Below are positions 27,634 through 41,865 of a stretch of DNA of 64,000 bases, piece after piece. The notes under the pieces are model-generated. The model was not told where the DNA came from and searched no databases. It worked only from the letters and a program-made list of their open reading frames with translations. Positions within the stretch are counted from its first letter, which is position 1, and every line of letters starts with the position of its first letter. Position numbers and translations under genes: made by a program. Source of the stretch: Kondoa subrosea (Eukaryota); NCBI GenBank assembly GCA_039545335.1, contig BCIN01000006.1:682001-746000 (forward strand). The letters run 5' to 3'.

Positions 27634-30570
27634 CTATACACGCAACCCTTCTTTATCAAGTTTGTCACCTTGATGCTCCTTGCGAATCATCTCTTCGACC
27701 GCAGCAGTCTCGACTGTTGCATCAATTCTGTTGATTAGACGCGCTTTGACTTTGCTGTTATCGAGGAAGAGCATGCTGTTTTATGAAAAGGTTCAGCTAT
27801 GCCATATTTTTGGAATGGCGACATACGCTACAAGACCGACGGCAGCTGCTGGAATGACAGTTATCCATGCCGCTCTGAAAGATGCAGCGTAAACTTGACG
27901 AGTAATAGGCTATCATCAAGGCATGAGATGAAAGTTGTGTGGTATACCGACGAAGTTTGACGCACAGTGATAAGAGCAATAATAGCAGGTGTGATTCCAG
28001 GAATTGCTCTGATAGCAACAGGGCTAGCTGAACGGAAAGCACCAATGAGAGCACCTGCTGAAGATGCCGGTAATCCATTTGCTATTGCAACAGGTGCGAT
28101 AGCAGGGCCTAGGTTTTTCGTCATGCGCTGAGACAGTTGACTTCCCACTAATTAAGTAGCCGAGTCAGTATACAGTAAAGCACGGAGACATGGGTCGTCA
28201 CTTACTGACAGCACTACCGAAAGCACCGCCGCAACCTGCAAGGAAAATCAAACAAAGCTCATTGGTATCTAGGTAAAGTTTACCTCTGATTGTCAAAGCC
28301 AAAGCACTTGCCGTTGCGATCAGATTTGCAGGTGCGGTCTGATAGAGGTGTTGGACAGGGAGAGACCCGCTTGGAAAAGGACTTACGCATTGAATTACAA
28401 TGTTCAAAGCCATGAGCTGTGGACACATGCCAATTGACTATTGACCAGCCGGATCAGTTTTGACCGGAATACTTCAATCAATGTAGACTTACTGCTAGGG
28501 CCAAATAACCTGAACGATCAAGGATCAGCTTATGCTTTGATTGTCGCTTTACGAGAATGACAAACCAAGCGATGCCATTCCATCTTCTACACCGCTAGTA
28601 GCAAAAAGACACATTGATACCAAGAAGGATGCGTAGGCGCAAGTCAAGAGCCACTGATTAAATTAAGAGCTTGCATGTAAGCTCTTTCTGCATGTTCATT
28701 GAGGGTACTCGCCTTGACGTCCTTGAATTTGGTGACGATATAGATTATTGGAATAATCAATACAGTGTTGTATGCTGAGAACAGGAACTTTCTGCAGCCG
28801 ATTTGGAAAGCTCTCAATTCCCAACCTAGATATCTGGTTTGTTGCGGGAAATAGACAGCAACTCCAGAGAAGTATACTGCTCAGTGAATGAGAACAACAC
28901 AAAACATCGATGTGATTAGACGTACACCAGCCTATTCAAGAGAAAATTAAGTACAGTGCTCCTTTTGCGCAACGGCAGAACATTACCTTCGCAGAAGAAC
29001 AGGAAAATGGCGATGCAGAAATTGCGCTTGGCAGTCTTGAATAGATCGTGATGGAACTGGTGCACAAAGTCAGCGATCAACGGCAAATTGGGTTATGGAA
29101 ACCGCTCACGATACCATCGTTTCTCATGAAACCTTCATACCAAATCGCGAGTCCTACAAGAACCACTGATGAAGATTTTGAATCAGTACAGAGTGCTTTA
29201 CAAAGGTTCGTTGCGTACTGCCTCCGACGAATGGACCATAGAAGTATGCGCTCGAAAAACCTCTCGAAGAACCGAAATTGAGCGAAACGATAATCATGGT
29301 ACTGATAGAGACAGAATGATCAGCGTGAGTCGTGTTGGTCATACTCAAGTGTGACTTACACTGCGCCAGTAAGGAGTCTTCAATAGCCAAAACATGATGA
29401 TCATGTGAGACGGATCGAAGAGATCGAAGAGAAGTACACGCACAAAGATCCGATAGGGTCACATTCGTGTATGATCTGCTTCCAAGATTTCAAACTTCCT
29501 GGTCTAGGTGCTGGATTATATAGAGTGAATGTGCTTATGTAATGATTAGATAGAGTCAGACACGCAGATTTCAGGCTCACCCGATAGACGAGAGGGCGAA
29601 GAGTCCAATCACAAGGTAGTAGAAGTATCTCCAACCTTCACTTCCAGCTGCGGAGACCCTAATTTCGCATATCAGCAAAGTCTGGGTTCCGCTTCGTAAA
29701 ATAGAAGACTGACATTGCGCCAGACCCTAATGCTGCCACTGCACCAGCGCAGCTACCCGCGACTTGAATTGTGGCTTGAGCAAATGCTCGCTTATTGGCC
29801 GGCAAAATTTCTGACGGGATAGCAACGTTGATTCCAACCGGGGCTACAGAAAGGTTCAATAAAGGGTTGAGCAAGAACACAATCATTCGTACCTGTCGCT
29901 AGACCTATAAGTGTTGCACCAGCAATCAAGGTGTTCCTGTGCAAAGCTTAGAAATGTACGAGAAGAGGACGACCGTACTAACATGCTCTGTGCTCTACTG
30001 CAAACAGCTGCACCGACGACTCCAAAGATTGGCATAATAGTCACAATCCACTTGCGTCCGACCTCATCAGAAAGGCGACCGAGGAAAGGCGCCAAGGCAG
30101 CTTGACTGATAACAGGAGCTTGCAAAACCCATCCCGAGAGATCGGGTCTACCGAGATCTTGGATAAGGTATGAAATGATATTTGCTGAAGAAGATATTAG
30201 CTATCAGTCTCAAAAAGAGATTTAGCAAAGAGACTGACCAGGTCCCGTGACGGCCACTAGTTGCGTAAGAACGGTGAAGAAACCAGCCTATCGTATCACA
30301 CAGCTCAGCACAATAGCTCTGTGCGCAATAATAGACGCTTACGAAGAAGCAAGCAGCATACGATCTCCAAGTTAGGTGTAACAAAGACCCATCAACGTTG
30401 GAAGCGGCGGACTGCACTTTGGAATCAGTTCGAATGCTACGCTACAATAGGAGTCTTACAGCAAGTTCAGCTTTGTGGGATTTCTCGCCGTATACAGCAG
30501 GCAGAGCATGTTCGCCATGCATAATTTCAGATTTCTCCAAAGCAGGACTTTCCATCCCAGCTTTCGACAT
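27634..30570 (-). CDS. MFS drug/H+ antiporter, fungal trichothecene efflux pump (TRI12/ARN)-like
   Basis: GRLSDEVGRKW MFS motif, SEILPANKRAFAQ, GWRYFYY, YNPAPR..DPIG, GGAFGSAV; many introns. Confidence 0.85.
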
Positions 30571-31521
30571 GATTTGATTCTTTGGTCTTGGTAGCAGATC
30601 AAGAGTATGAAAAGCACAAAGCTTAAGTGGTTCGTTCGGTCGTTGATTTAGTAACGAAATGCCAATGCCAAGCCGGAAAGGCGGGCTTATTGAATCTCCA
30701 GACAGAGGCCCCACACTTGGTGGGATGCTAGAGTCCAGACGGCACATATGCCTTGGCCTCACGACAGAGGAGATAATCAGCCCTAAGTTGAAAGTTGAGC
30801 CTTGAGAGAACGCGATGATAGCGCAAATGCAAAGAGTCACTACACATACTGCAAGACTGCAGCAACGCTGAATAAGACATTTCGAAACTGAGAGACCATG
30901 TATCTAGGACGTAGGTCCAGAGCAACGACAGCATTGATTCGCCAAGCGAGTGTACGCGGACCTTAGTTGGCAAGAGCAGAGCCATAAAAAGGACCAGGTG
31001 TAACAGTGGCTATGAGGAAATGCAAATGCTAGATAGATATGGCAGAGCCTTTCAGAGTCCAGGCGAATGCATATCATACACGAGCAGTGCTGGCATCGAG
31101 TCTTGAATCGCGTGATTTTGAAGTATCGTCACGTAAAATCTTCAGATGAGACTGTACTGAAGCCGCATATAGACAGCGGCTGATGGCAATTGAGAGAGGT
31201 CCGACTGTGGGAATCCAGAATCCAAATACACAGTATTTTCGATACAAAGGGGATTCCTCAAGCACAGCAGAAGTCGGGGAGCCATTCCTGTAGACTTTGC
31301 GTAGCATCGCAAGTTAAGACAGCATAGCACAAGCCAACAGAACATATCAATCATTGACACAACTTCTTCAACGAGCACCGACAGTGTATGGCCCTGCCAG
31401 CCAATACCCCTTGTCAAGGCTACCGCAGAGATCTGGATACCATTGCGGAGAGCACAGACTGAACAAGAAGTCTTCTCGGGGCAAGCGTTCATGACAACAT
31501 TCAGCACCTACAAGCTTCAAA

Positions 31522-34500
31522 ATGGCAGAGGAGGAAGCTGAGCATGCGCACTCTGTTCATTCACTACTACACAAGTTTGAAAGCCTAGCTTCTTCTGCCA
31601 ATGGCAAACCTTCTCGTAGCTATGCTTCTACGCCAAATAGTCCGAGGGTTTTGACACCTGTGGTTAATGCTACTCAGAATGGTCAAGGGAGCTTAGGAAG
31701 GAAGCGGAGCACCGAATATCTATCGCCATATGACAGGGAAGCATCAGAGAACCGACACAGATCTGTCTCCGTGCCCAACACGCCTGGCTTACTATCTACA
31801 AACGAGCGAAGACCAGTATTAAGGCCTACAGAAACCTCACCTGCAGTCGCTTCGCAATCTTCGCGGAGTAATTCGACTTCCAATGGTCTACTCAGCCCTG
31901 CCGTAATCTACGACCAAGGATCTTCAGCGGTTACGTTGGCAGTTCAAAGCCCTGCAGGAAAGAAGCAACCTCCTGCTCGTCCAAATAAGCCTTCAAGTGC
32001 GGCAAATTCACGTCCAGTCACGCCTGTAAACTCTGAAGCGGCTTCGATATCGACCTCTCCGGACCCAATATCTGTATCACCTGTATATCGCAAAGCCCCG
32101 CCACCTCCATCCCCTCGTAGTCCTGTTAAGACGAAGCCAATTCTGATACCTGGCGCATCATCCAGTGCAATATCAAGTGTGCTGCCAAATCCACAAATCA
32201 TTACAAGCCCTACTGCGCTCAGTGACGCCTCTGCGTCTTCTTCTCTACCCTTTTCTTCACTTCAAGAGTCTACTCCTCCTGCTCAAATCAACAAGCCACC
32301 TATTCCGCCGCGTTTGCCAGCATCAGTGCCAATCCCTAGCATGAGTCTTCCACCATTACCTATACGGAAACCAATTCAAGCATCTGTACCTGCTATTGAA
32401 GAGCCCAGGAGTGTTCCTAATACATCAGCAACTGACTCCTTTATCAATCGTCCACCTCCTTCCAGAACAGTTCTCGCTAACACTCGATTAGCTCCAGTTC
32501 GACCAATAGTCAGTCAAGCCGACGATTCAGAAGACGAATCAGAGGAAGAAGGAACTAATGCAGCCCGAATGGATGATATCCCTGATTCTACTTTTGCCAG
32601 TCGAAGACCGCCTGAAATTTCACCTAGAAGGGAAATGTATTCTTACACCAATTTCACTTGCGTTACTTCTAGAGGAGATTTGATCTGCGTCGGAAGTCAG
32701 CATCATCTCAAAGTGTTTTCCATCAGTGCTGGTCAAGGAGTTGTCGATATCCCTCTTTCTTCAGAACATTACAAGATTACCGCTGTCGATTTTCGATGTG
32801 ATGGACCATTGGCAGATAAGGAATCTAAATATATTTGGTGCGGAACGAAAGATGGACATTTGTTTGAGGTGGATTTGGAGAGTGCAACTATCCTGGACAC
32901 GAAAACTACAGCACATTCGTCAGCTGTGACTGGCATCTTTCGACTTCAAGCATCTATGGTCAGTATAGACGAACAAGGCAAAGTTCAAATCTGGCCTTCT
33001 ATTGATGGAGCACCACGATTATCTGCTGCACCTCAAACCCAAAGAATGTCCGACAAAACAAATTTCGCAATGGTCATGGGCAAAATGATCTGGACATCTT
33101 ATGGTCCCTCTTCCAAGCTGAATCTTCGTACACCTGTTGTTCGACTCTACAATCCTGTCAATCTAGAAAATTGGAATACTTCTTCTCGAGCGACAGCCAT
33201 GCCAGACGGTGGATCTGTCGTTACACCTTCAGCCATCACTAGTGCTGCCCGAATACCACTTCGAGGTGGTTTAGTCTACCTTGCTCACGAAAGCGGTCAT
33301 ATCAGCTGTTGGTCGGAAGACACTGCCACTCATCAAAGTACAATGCGAATCTCATCTGGTCCGATCACATCAATGCATGGTGTACTCAAACATCTGTGGG
33401 TTGGACAAAAGAGTGGTGAAATCAGTTAGTCCCCAATCCGGATAGCAACGAGACTCTATATTGAGATGTGATTAGACGTCTACGACGTGGACGAAATGCC
33501 TTGGCGAGTCATCAAGAGCTGGCCAGCTCATGATGGAGCAGTGACAAATTTATGTATCAACTATGGCACGTTGTGGACTGTAAGCGCTAATCTTGCTGCT
33601 GTACCTTTCGACTAAGATCTGCTCGCCCAGATCGGCAAGTTATATGTCATCAGCACTGGAAACGATTATGGCATTCGGGTTTGGGATGGTTTCCTTGCTG
33701 ACGATTGGATAGGTCAGTCCGCCATTGTCAGATGTACGGCCTGTCTGATAACGAGTGCCTTGCAGATCGAGAGCTTACCAACAGACAGTCTCAGTACTGC
33801 GATTACAGACCGCTGAATGTCTTAACTTGCTCCTGGAATACTGATGCTTGTAAGCCAAGTCAATTGCAGGACGATGTTCAGAATTCCAGCTTTCTTCCTA
33901 CTCTCCTCAAATCTATGGACAACCCGGATGTGATATCTTTTGCCTTTCAAGAATTGGTCGACCTACAGAGTAAAGCTTTGACAGCTAGTACGCTTCTATT
34001 CCTGATAGTCCCTGCTAGTGCTGCTCTGAGTATTCCTTGTAGAATCTCTGATACTCGGCCGCAGAAAAGGCGAGGGGAAGTGTCAAGATTCGTCCATTTC
34101 GAGCAATTATCAACATTGGCACGATAAACTCTGCCAAGCAGTTCGTCTCGCCATGCCTACAGATGAGCCATATACCGTCATACATACAGAATCTCTCATC
34201 GGAGTATGTTGCAGTTTTGATTTGCAAATAGAAGGCTGACATGCGCACTAGATCTATACCTGCATTTTCATCAAACAATCTCTCAAGCCTCAGCTTCGAG
34301 ATCTAGATATCACTACCGTTAAGACTGGTATGGGAAGGCGTTATGGAAACAAAGGAGCCATCGTCGCAAGATTCGTTATCGACGATTCCAGCGTGGTTTT
34401 CGTGAATTGCCATCTAGCTGCTGGTCAAAATGCCATTCGTCAGCGCAACAAGGATCTCATTGGAATACTCGAATCACATTCTTCTTTGAGAGCAGCAGCT

Positions 34501-35253
34501 GATCTCTCACCAAATGCATGTGAGTGTGATTGTCTCACCTTGATCTCCTTCTGAACCCGTGACATAGATGTTGGCGGCGGTGATGGATCAGTTGTCAACG
34601 ATCATGATAGTGAGTAGTATGCGTTCACGAGCATTGCGAAGCTTGACTGTCATATCGTAGTCTGCATTCTAAGTGGTGATTGTGAGCTACCCTGTATTGC
34701 GCTTGACTTGTGCGCTTACTTGCCTCAATTCATTGCAGTAAATTATCGGATCAACATGCGGCGTGACCTGGCTATCTCCTACATTCAGCAAAATAACCTT
34801 GAGCCTCTGAAAGAGCAGGATCAGCTACTGAGGCAAATGACCACAAGCGGCTTCCGTCTCCGAATGTTCAAAGAAGCACCGCTTCAATTCGCACCCACCT
34901 ACAAATATGACAGGTATGCTGCATTGACTTTGAAAGATTCGCGACTGATCTGTCTGCAAAGGAACTCACAAGACTTTGACTCGTCTGAGAAACAACGATC
35001 TCCGGCCTGGTGCGATCGGATTCTTTGGCGCACTCAGCCTCATAACGAAGATGTCGTGAAAGCTTTGCACTATCAGCGGTACGAGCCAACTATTTCAGAT
35101 CATCGACCAATATCAGCTGCTCTAGAGCTTCGGATCAAGAAGATCGATTACAGACGTCGCGAAATCATCATGCAAAGTATTCTCGCCGACTGGAAAGAGA
35201 AAGAAGCGAGTCTTTTGCTCAGGGCGCAGCAGTACTATGGAAGTTTAGAATAG
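31522..35253 (+). CDS. Inositol polyphosphate 5-phosphatase with Pro-rich and WD40-like N-terminal regions
   Basis: CSWN, AFQELVDL, GNKGAIVARF, NCHLAAGQ, NYRI, PTYKYD...SSEKQRSPAWCDRILW, SDHRPI. Confidence 0.93.
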
Positions 35254-35301
35254 CATTTTAGATCATGTATTTTTTCCTTGTATATGTGTAAATAGTTTAG
35301 A

Positions 35302-36689
35302 TTATGCTCTGCTGGTCATCATTGTAACATTATCTGGAGAACTTTCTGCCTCATCAAACTGAAACAACTTTGAAGAGACAAATATCAGCTGGATCTTCCG
35401 CCAGCGAAGAGGACGAACCGAAACATCAGACATTACTCCGAACTTGCACAAACGTTGCGGCTCAGTGACTTTCGGTATGAAGCCTTGTTTTAGTGCGAAT
35501 CTCATTCCTATTCAAATGAGAAAAGGCTGCACTGAAGCAGTCACCTGACGAACCTGCTGGATTGGCAGATATCACATCCGCTAAGATCGTCTTGATCTGT
35601 CGAGCTTTGGTCAGAGGGTGACTCCGCAACGCTCTGTAAGATGTCAGTGCGATAGAGCGTCCAACAAAGCCTTGATCAGCTTACCTAAGGAGCTGAGACC
35701 CGATACCAACTCCACAAAGCTGAGGTCGCAAGTACACCGATACATAAGCAGCGAATGGGAAGCACTGGGACGGATGTTCGTTGTAGGGCGATAAGGCAAT
35801 GAAACCAATGTTTTGACCATTCTGAGTGCAGATGAGACATGGATAACCTTGTCGAATCAGAGAATCTAGCCATTCTTTTCGAGCACTTTCTTCTCCGGCA
35901 AGGTAGTAGTTGAGCGAAAATCCGGTGAGTATAAAGTGGTTATAAATATCAGTCACTTTCGAGCCAACAATAAGGTAAGAATGGGGATTGTATAACGCGC
36001 AAGACATACAAAATATTACATCCTCCATAGTTGCATCGCGGAACAAAAGAGCGGTTGCAGTGTCCGATGGTCGAAATGCTTCCAGGCAGTTTTTGGGCAC
36101 GGTAAAATTGCGATTCTCTGTGTGAGGTACCGGTCCTATTGCTTGACTGTAGAAAATATGATCGTATGGAATCTTGCCTTTGATTGCTATACCGTTGAAT
36201 CTGGAACAATTTTTGGACAAGAAATTGAGTAAAGAGCATGGTTGCTTACCTGCCGTTATCCTCGAAACCGATTGCTTGAACAAAGGCCGTAGCTTCATCA
36301 TTGCAAGATAACAAGGCGATGAAAGCGTTATAAATTTCCCTCTTCTGAGTCCATTGATGTTCACATAGAGCTTTCCAGATCATTCGACCGATACCTTGCC
36401 TACGGTGAGATGCAGCCACAACACAATGGAAAGTGGTCGCAAAACTGTTGCAGCTGCCAGCTTCGAAATAGGCTGGTGAAAGTAGTCCGTAAGCGATGAC
36501 TTCTTCTTTTCCAGATATGGCGACAATGCAGGGAAACTTTCTAGCCAAGACTTCGCTTATAAGATGTTCGTGATGATCGAGAGATAGAGTATCGTTCCAT
36601 TCTTGCTTGCCTTCTGAAATGGCTTCATTATGTAGCCGATCGATTCCAGAAATATTTTCAAGACTGGTCTGGCGGAGAATTACTGACAT
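35302..36689 (-). CDS. Tandem double-GNAT acetyltransferase (phosphinothricin N-acetyltransferase/YncA-like domains)
   Basis: Two motif-A segments (VAASHRRQGIGRMI; VYLRPQLCGVGIGSQLL), DIYNHFI, FPCIVA/YPCLIC repeated. Confidence 0.8.
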
Positions 36690-37012
36690 GTCAAGATATG
36701 ACAAGGAAGAAGGCAGGATGAGATAACGGTCTCAGACACAAAAGCACAGCGAAACAATGGGCAGAGCGAAACAAAGACTCAAAGTCATGGAGCAATGTTT
36801 GTAGCACAGCTTAAAGCCAATAGCTTATTCAGCTATGATGCATAGCCCAAACGGTACGAAGCGAAACACCGGTTGCGAGGTGACTGATTCGGATCGAGAT
36901 TAACAAAGAACAGATGACAGCTGAGACGAGTTCAGCATGTCAGCATCATGCTACATTGTTGTCTATGGAAGACCTTGAGTGCTATCCATGTATTTGGGAA
37001 TAACTCACGTTC

Positions 37013-37865
37013 TCAGCTATTCCACAGATTGTGCTGCATCTCGACCCGCGAGTTATCAGCTAGCATCTTCCGTACCGTCGATATTATATCCTGCGAAACT
37101 TTATCCTGAGTCTGACCGGCATTGATCTCCACCCAAGGAAAAGAACAGCTTGACGCTACGTCTTTACCGAGCTGATTGAAAACTTCCCGTACTTTTGCTT
37201 GAAGTGCTTCTGTCTCGTATCTCTCTTCTCCAAACCCGCCTCGCTGTCGAGCTACTTCTGGCGTAAGACTGAGAAAGAGAACCAGGTCCGGCGAAAGAAG
37301 ATTCAAATCGGGTGATTTGCACCACTCGTAAGGAAGACCCTAAAATATAGTAGATGAGCCAAGATCTAGTTCTCAATACGAAGACTTACTTTTGCAGCCG
37401 AGAAAGCGACACCTGAGAACGCGTAGCGATCGGCTATTACGTGTATCCCATCTGCTAAACTTTTCTCGATCGCCTTTCTGACGCGTACGTTTGAGAGAAG
37501 TAGGCATATAAGAGTAGAATAAGCACATACGCGCATTCCCAGCGGTTTGCAGAGAATAAAAGATGAATAGCATGATCGTCCAATTCGGTTGATTGCTTCA
37601 AATAGGCATCAATCATTTGTCCAATAGCTGTAGTCCTATCTGTTCTTGCTATTTAGCTTGATTCGAGCCATTCAGTGCCAAATCTGACCGACCTGGAAAT
37701 CTCACTGCTTTCGCTTTTTGTCCATCTGCTTTCAGTGCTTGTACCAGTTTCGCGACTTGTGTCGACTTGCCTACTGGGTCTGAGTCCTGGATCCCTTGCA
37801 TGCGGCTCCATGAGCTTACCTGATCGATCCAAACCTTCCAAAACAATAAATGCTCCGCGTGTCAT
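37013..37865 (-). CDS. CDC8: Thymidylate kinase
   Basis: RGAFIVLEGLDRSGKSTQ, RFPDRTT, HLLFSANRWE, DRYAFSGVA, RGGFGEERYE. Confidence 0.95.
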
Positions 37866-38038
37866 TTCGTTCTCAAGATTAGCTGAAGAGGAGGAACGAG
37901 ATTCGCCAGGGTCAGTAAGAGGCTACTGCTGAGATGGAGTTGACCAAAGCAGGTCGAGTAAGGATGGTTGTATGGCTCATTGGACAACATGCCAAATGCT
38001 AAATGATCCTTTCTCTACATCCCCTCTATATTATGTGT

Positions 38039-39315
38039 CTAGACTACTCTATTATCTATCAAATCCGCTCTCCCGTGGAGAAAATCGTAACAATTCTGTA
38101 CAGCTCTAATGGTTGATTCTCTACTTCAACATTTCAGCAACAGCTTTCAGTCTAGAAGAAGAGATGCGCTGACCTAGTAATCTCTTCCGTCGTTGCTGCT
38201 ATGTGAGGTGTAACTACCACATTATCCAATTTGAATAGTTCAGGGTAAGTTCTTGTAGTCGCCGGTTCTGTAGAAAAGACATCCAAACATGCTCCTATCG
38301 CACAAAGCAATCCTAAAATCAGCATCATCACTGGCTACTAGATTTTACGCTCACCAGCTATCCTCCTCTCCTTCAATGCTTCTGTCAAAGCAAGTTCATC
38401 CACTAGCGGTCCTCTTCCCAAATTCAATAGCACAGCAGAAGGTTTCATCAATCTCAACGTTTGCTCAGACATGATGTTGAGAGTTTCAGGTAAGACTGGA
38501 CAGTTGAGGGAGACGATATCGCTCAAAGGAAGTAGTTCTTCTAATGTGTTTATTCGAGTGTGTGGTATGCTGCCTTCTGGATCTGAGTCGGTCCAGCGAT
38601 TTAAAGGAGAAGTGGGTGAATAGACCAGGATTTTGCAATTAAAAGCACCTCGAAATTTCAGTGCGACTGGATATACGCGATAAGCAGAAGAACATCTAAT
38701 GAGTGAGGTGGACTATCACCTTGTCTGGCTATCGCTCCCATTCCCACCAGACCAATAGTCTTGCCCAGCGTCGAATAAGCGATATAATCCACAGATCTTA
38801 ATGATTCCCCATCTCTCATTCTGCGATTTGTTTCCGCTACTCTTCTGGTCAAAGATAGACACATTGCTAGTGTATGTTCCGCTACTGCTTCCGCATTAAA
38901 TCCTGATAATCTCGCATAAGCTGACATACCAACTCAGCAGGTAGAAAGACAGGCTTACCAGGTAATGAAGTGACTGCTATTCCTAAAGATTGACACAAAG
39001 CCGTATCAATCATTTCATAGCCCGTGCCATTACGTGCGATGATCTTCAATTTCTTAGCCTATCATCTTACCAACTCTCAATCTCCATTGCTCTACGCTTG
39101 TGAAATGAGTCCCAGCTAACCTTGCGTAAATTACCTGTTATAGCACCTTGTCTCAATACTATCGCATCGGCATACTCTTCCCATTCAGCAGCTCGAGGAT
39201 CTTCAGGAAACAGTAAGTCAAAATTGCAATTGGTTGTAGCGTGTGTGTAGGCTGCTTTGTGCAATGGAGAAGGTATATAGAGCACTAATGACTGGGTATG
39301 ACCATTAGTCGTCAT
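38039..39315 (-). CDS. D-isomer-specific 2-hydroxyacid dehydrogenase
   Basis: [60 protein letters not shown]. Confidence 0.92.
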
Positions 39316-39432
39316 TTCAGGGTGTTCGAGGTGCTTGTTCGAGGAAGAGAGCAGAGATTCGTAATGACTCGCGTTGTGATTCTCGATGGAAATAGTTATT
39401 TTATGCTATACATACTTGGACTACAGGCTACA

Positions 39433-40443
39433 TTAGACCCCTTCTTGCTGATTGCAGGCGAGACCTGAAAAAAGCCTTTGACAGCGGGAACGAAGAATCG
39501 AAAAGATCCTGGGTTCAAAGCTTTCGAGACAATTCTTATATCGACCTGCAGTACCTGTCTAGAGACGCCTGTCAGTATATGAGCGCATCTACATCAGCAC
39601 AAAGCCGAATGAGAAGCGTATTACTGACTTTCTGAGCAGCGAGCAGATCTTGCAGATCGAAAGAAGAGCCATCGAGCCGTCTGCGCTCCGGACTACTGTC
39701 AGATTCCAAACAAAACCTAAATCAGTAATAGATTTTACGGTTAGTCTGGTCCCCGACCTTGACACTATAATTCGCTATGAAGCAATTTCTTTTCTATCGG
39801 AGGTTTCCAATCCCTGTTCTTTGCGCAATTGCCTTCTTCATCCATTGTGGTTCTATCAGTATTGTCATCAGTATTAATACTACGGAATGAAGAACCCTTT
39901 TACCCAGGTGTACATGTTGTCCCTATTTGATTTCAGTCTCTTGTAAAAACACTGAGAGGGCAGTGATGCTCACCGCACATCGCATGACCAACATCATCCA
40001 TCCCTGATATAAGAACGTCAGCTTCCAATCTCGGAGAAAGGGCGTAAACGTACAACATGCATTCATCAACCAAGTATCTGAAGAATAACCTTGTACTCCA
40101 TAAGGTGGCCAAATAGCGTCGCATTCTAAATGATCTTCCGTCTATTACACATCATAAGAACACAGAAAGAGAAAGACAAAGATGTAAGATGTAAGCTCAC
40201 TGAATCGTATTCTTCTGCACAACCGCAACGTGATCCTGAAGAGGAATGAATGACTATTGGAGGAGCGTGTTTCCCATCCCGAGAACACGTGAGATCCTAT
40301 CCCAGAGCATAAGAATGAAATGAATGGAACAAGGAAGATGGGATGAAATGCACAGAAGTAGATCCTGGACCGTGTAATACTGAACCAGCGGCACATAATA
40401 GAGCAGAATAGCAGAGATAGAGTAGAGCAGAAGAAGGCAACAT
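39433..40443 (-). CDS. Secreted cysteine-rich protein (3' end uncertain)
   Basis: Signal peptide MLPSSALLYLCYSALLCAAG; small exons encoding CSRDG, RCGCAEE, ECDA, AMC, TCTP, NCAK. Confidence 0.5.
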
Positions 40444-40831
40444 CACCGTTTTGGATTGACCGCTCTTCTCATTGCAAGCTTGCACAAGAACGCCGACGTG
40501 TTTCCTGTATATCTCGAAACTCCAGTTAGGAGGCCTAGACACGAGCAATGGGTCTACCACTATGGGCTCCCGTGCTTTACATTGGATTCCTCTTTGGTCC
40601 TCTGTACATCTTTTCGAAATATTACATGGGCAAGAAACAGCGTTCGTGCCGTCTTCTTGCTTTCTGCATAGTGTACATGCTGAAAGTGTAACGTGATGGC
40701 GAACAGTCAGATCGTCTGAAGATATCGCCTTCTTTCCACAGAATCATTCAAGAGATCTCTACATTTCTTTACTTTCGCATTCCCCTACACCGACAGATAC
40801 AGTTCTTATAGCAGCCTTGATCAATCGAGCC

Positions 40832-41500
40832 ATGGAAGCTATCTCTCGATTGTTGTCTATAAAGGCCAACAAGAACTCGTTGCAAGTGTTAATGGGCAAA
40901 GGTTTAGTAGGGGATGAGTTTTGGTTGATGTTCTTGGAAGCGGAGAAAGAACTGGAAGCGGAGATTAGAGAAGTAGTGGAAGAAGCGAATTCTTACAAAC
41001 AAGGTTGGGGTCAATTCATATTGGCTCATGCGAACGATATGGTTCAGCATGAGAAACACAAGAAAGTGTTTGAAGGGATAGATGCTGCTAAAGCTGATTA
41101 CTGTTCGTCCTATTTCTTCTCTTCTCTTCTTTCTTCCTGCTGATCCTAGAGGATTACAGACGCCAAACATCCTCATATCGCCAAACCTGATGAAGCAATA
41201 CTTCAACCTTCACCTCCTGCTCAAACTCATCTCAGATCATCTCCTCAAGTGCAAAGGAGTATTTCTTCCTCTACTACCAACGCTCCAGGGTCACCTGCAT
41301 CGAAAAGTGCAGTGTCCACGCCTGCCGGTTCGGATGATGAAAAGGAGAATGAAGTTAGTCCGAGTAAAAGTGTGAAGGCCAAAGTGAGTGCCCACAATAC
41401 ACCGACGGGCAACAATTACTCACGTTTGTTTACCTGCAGTCGAAGAAGGCGAAGAAGCGGAAGTGAAAGGGGATCGGTGTGAATATCAGAGTATGCTAGA
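40832..41500 (+). CDS. Hypothetical protein
   Basis: Helical ORF 40817-41143 followed by a Ser/Pro-rich exon; splicing not fully resolved. Confidence 0.3.
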
Positions 41501-41865
41501 AGTCGTCAAAGTAATTAGCAGAAGAGAGATCGCTGAGCGATGTTTTACTTTATCATTGAGGCACGTCCGGTGCGTGTCATTGCTTGCAGGAGAACATTGT
41601 CTTCCCGCATGACAATAAACAAGGCCTTTTGCTCTCGGACAGTCAAGATCTGAGCTTTGTGTGATACCAGCTGTGTCGTTCAAGTGTATACAGCTACATT
41701 GAGCCATGTCAAGTACAACATAAGCAAAAACACCTCTACATCTCGACCAGGCAAAGTGGACAAAGACAGACATCCGATATCACTGGCCATAGCAAGCTTA
41801 GAGTCAGCAGAGAAGTATATCTGCATCGATTGCTATCGATAGACTCTGCAAAGCGGTTCCTTTGA

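Noticed and set aside
27634..39315. Secondary-metabolite or cytokinin gene cluster (MFS, GNAT, dehydrogenase, IPT)
   Set aside because: No PKS, NRPS, terpene synthase, LOG or P450 is present, and the genes are interspersed with housekeeping genes.
41600..41845. Possible PHD/zinc-finger remnant (CDTSC...YICIDC)
   Set aside because: The Cys/His spacing is incomplete and it could not be spliced convincingly to the upstream ORF.
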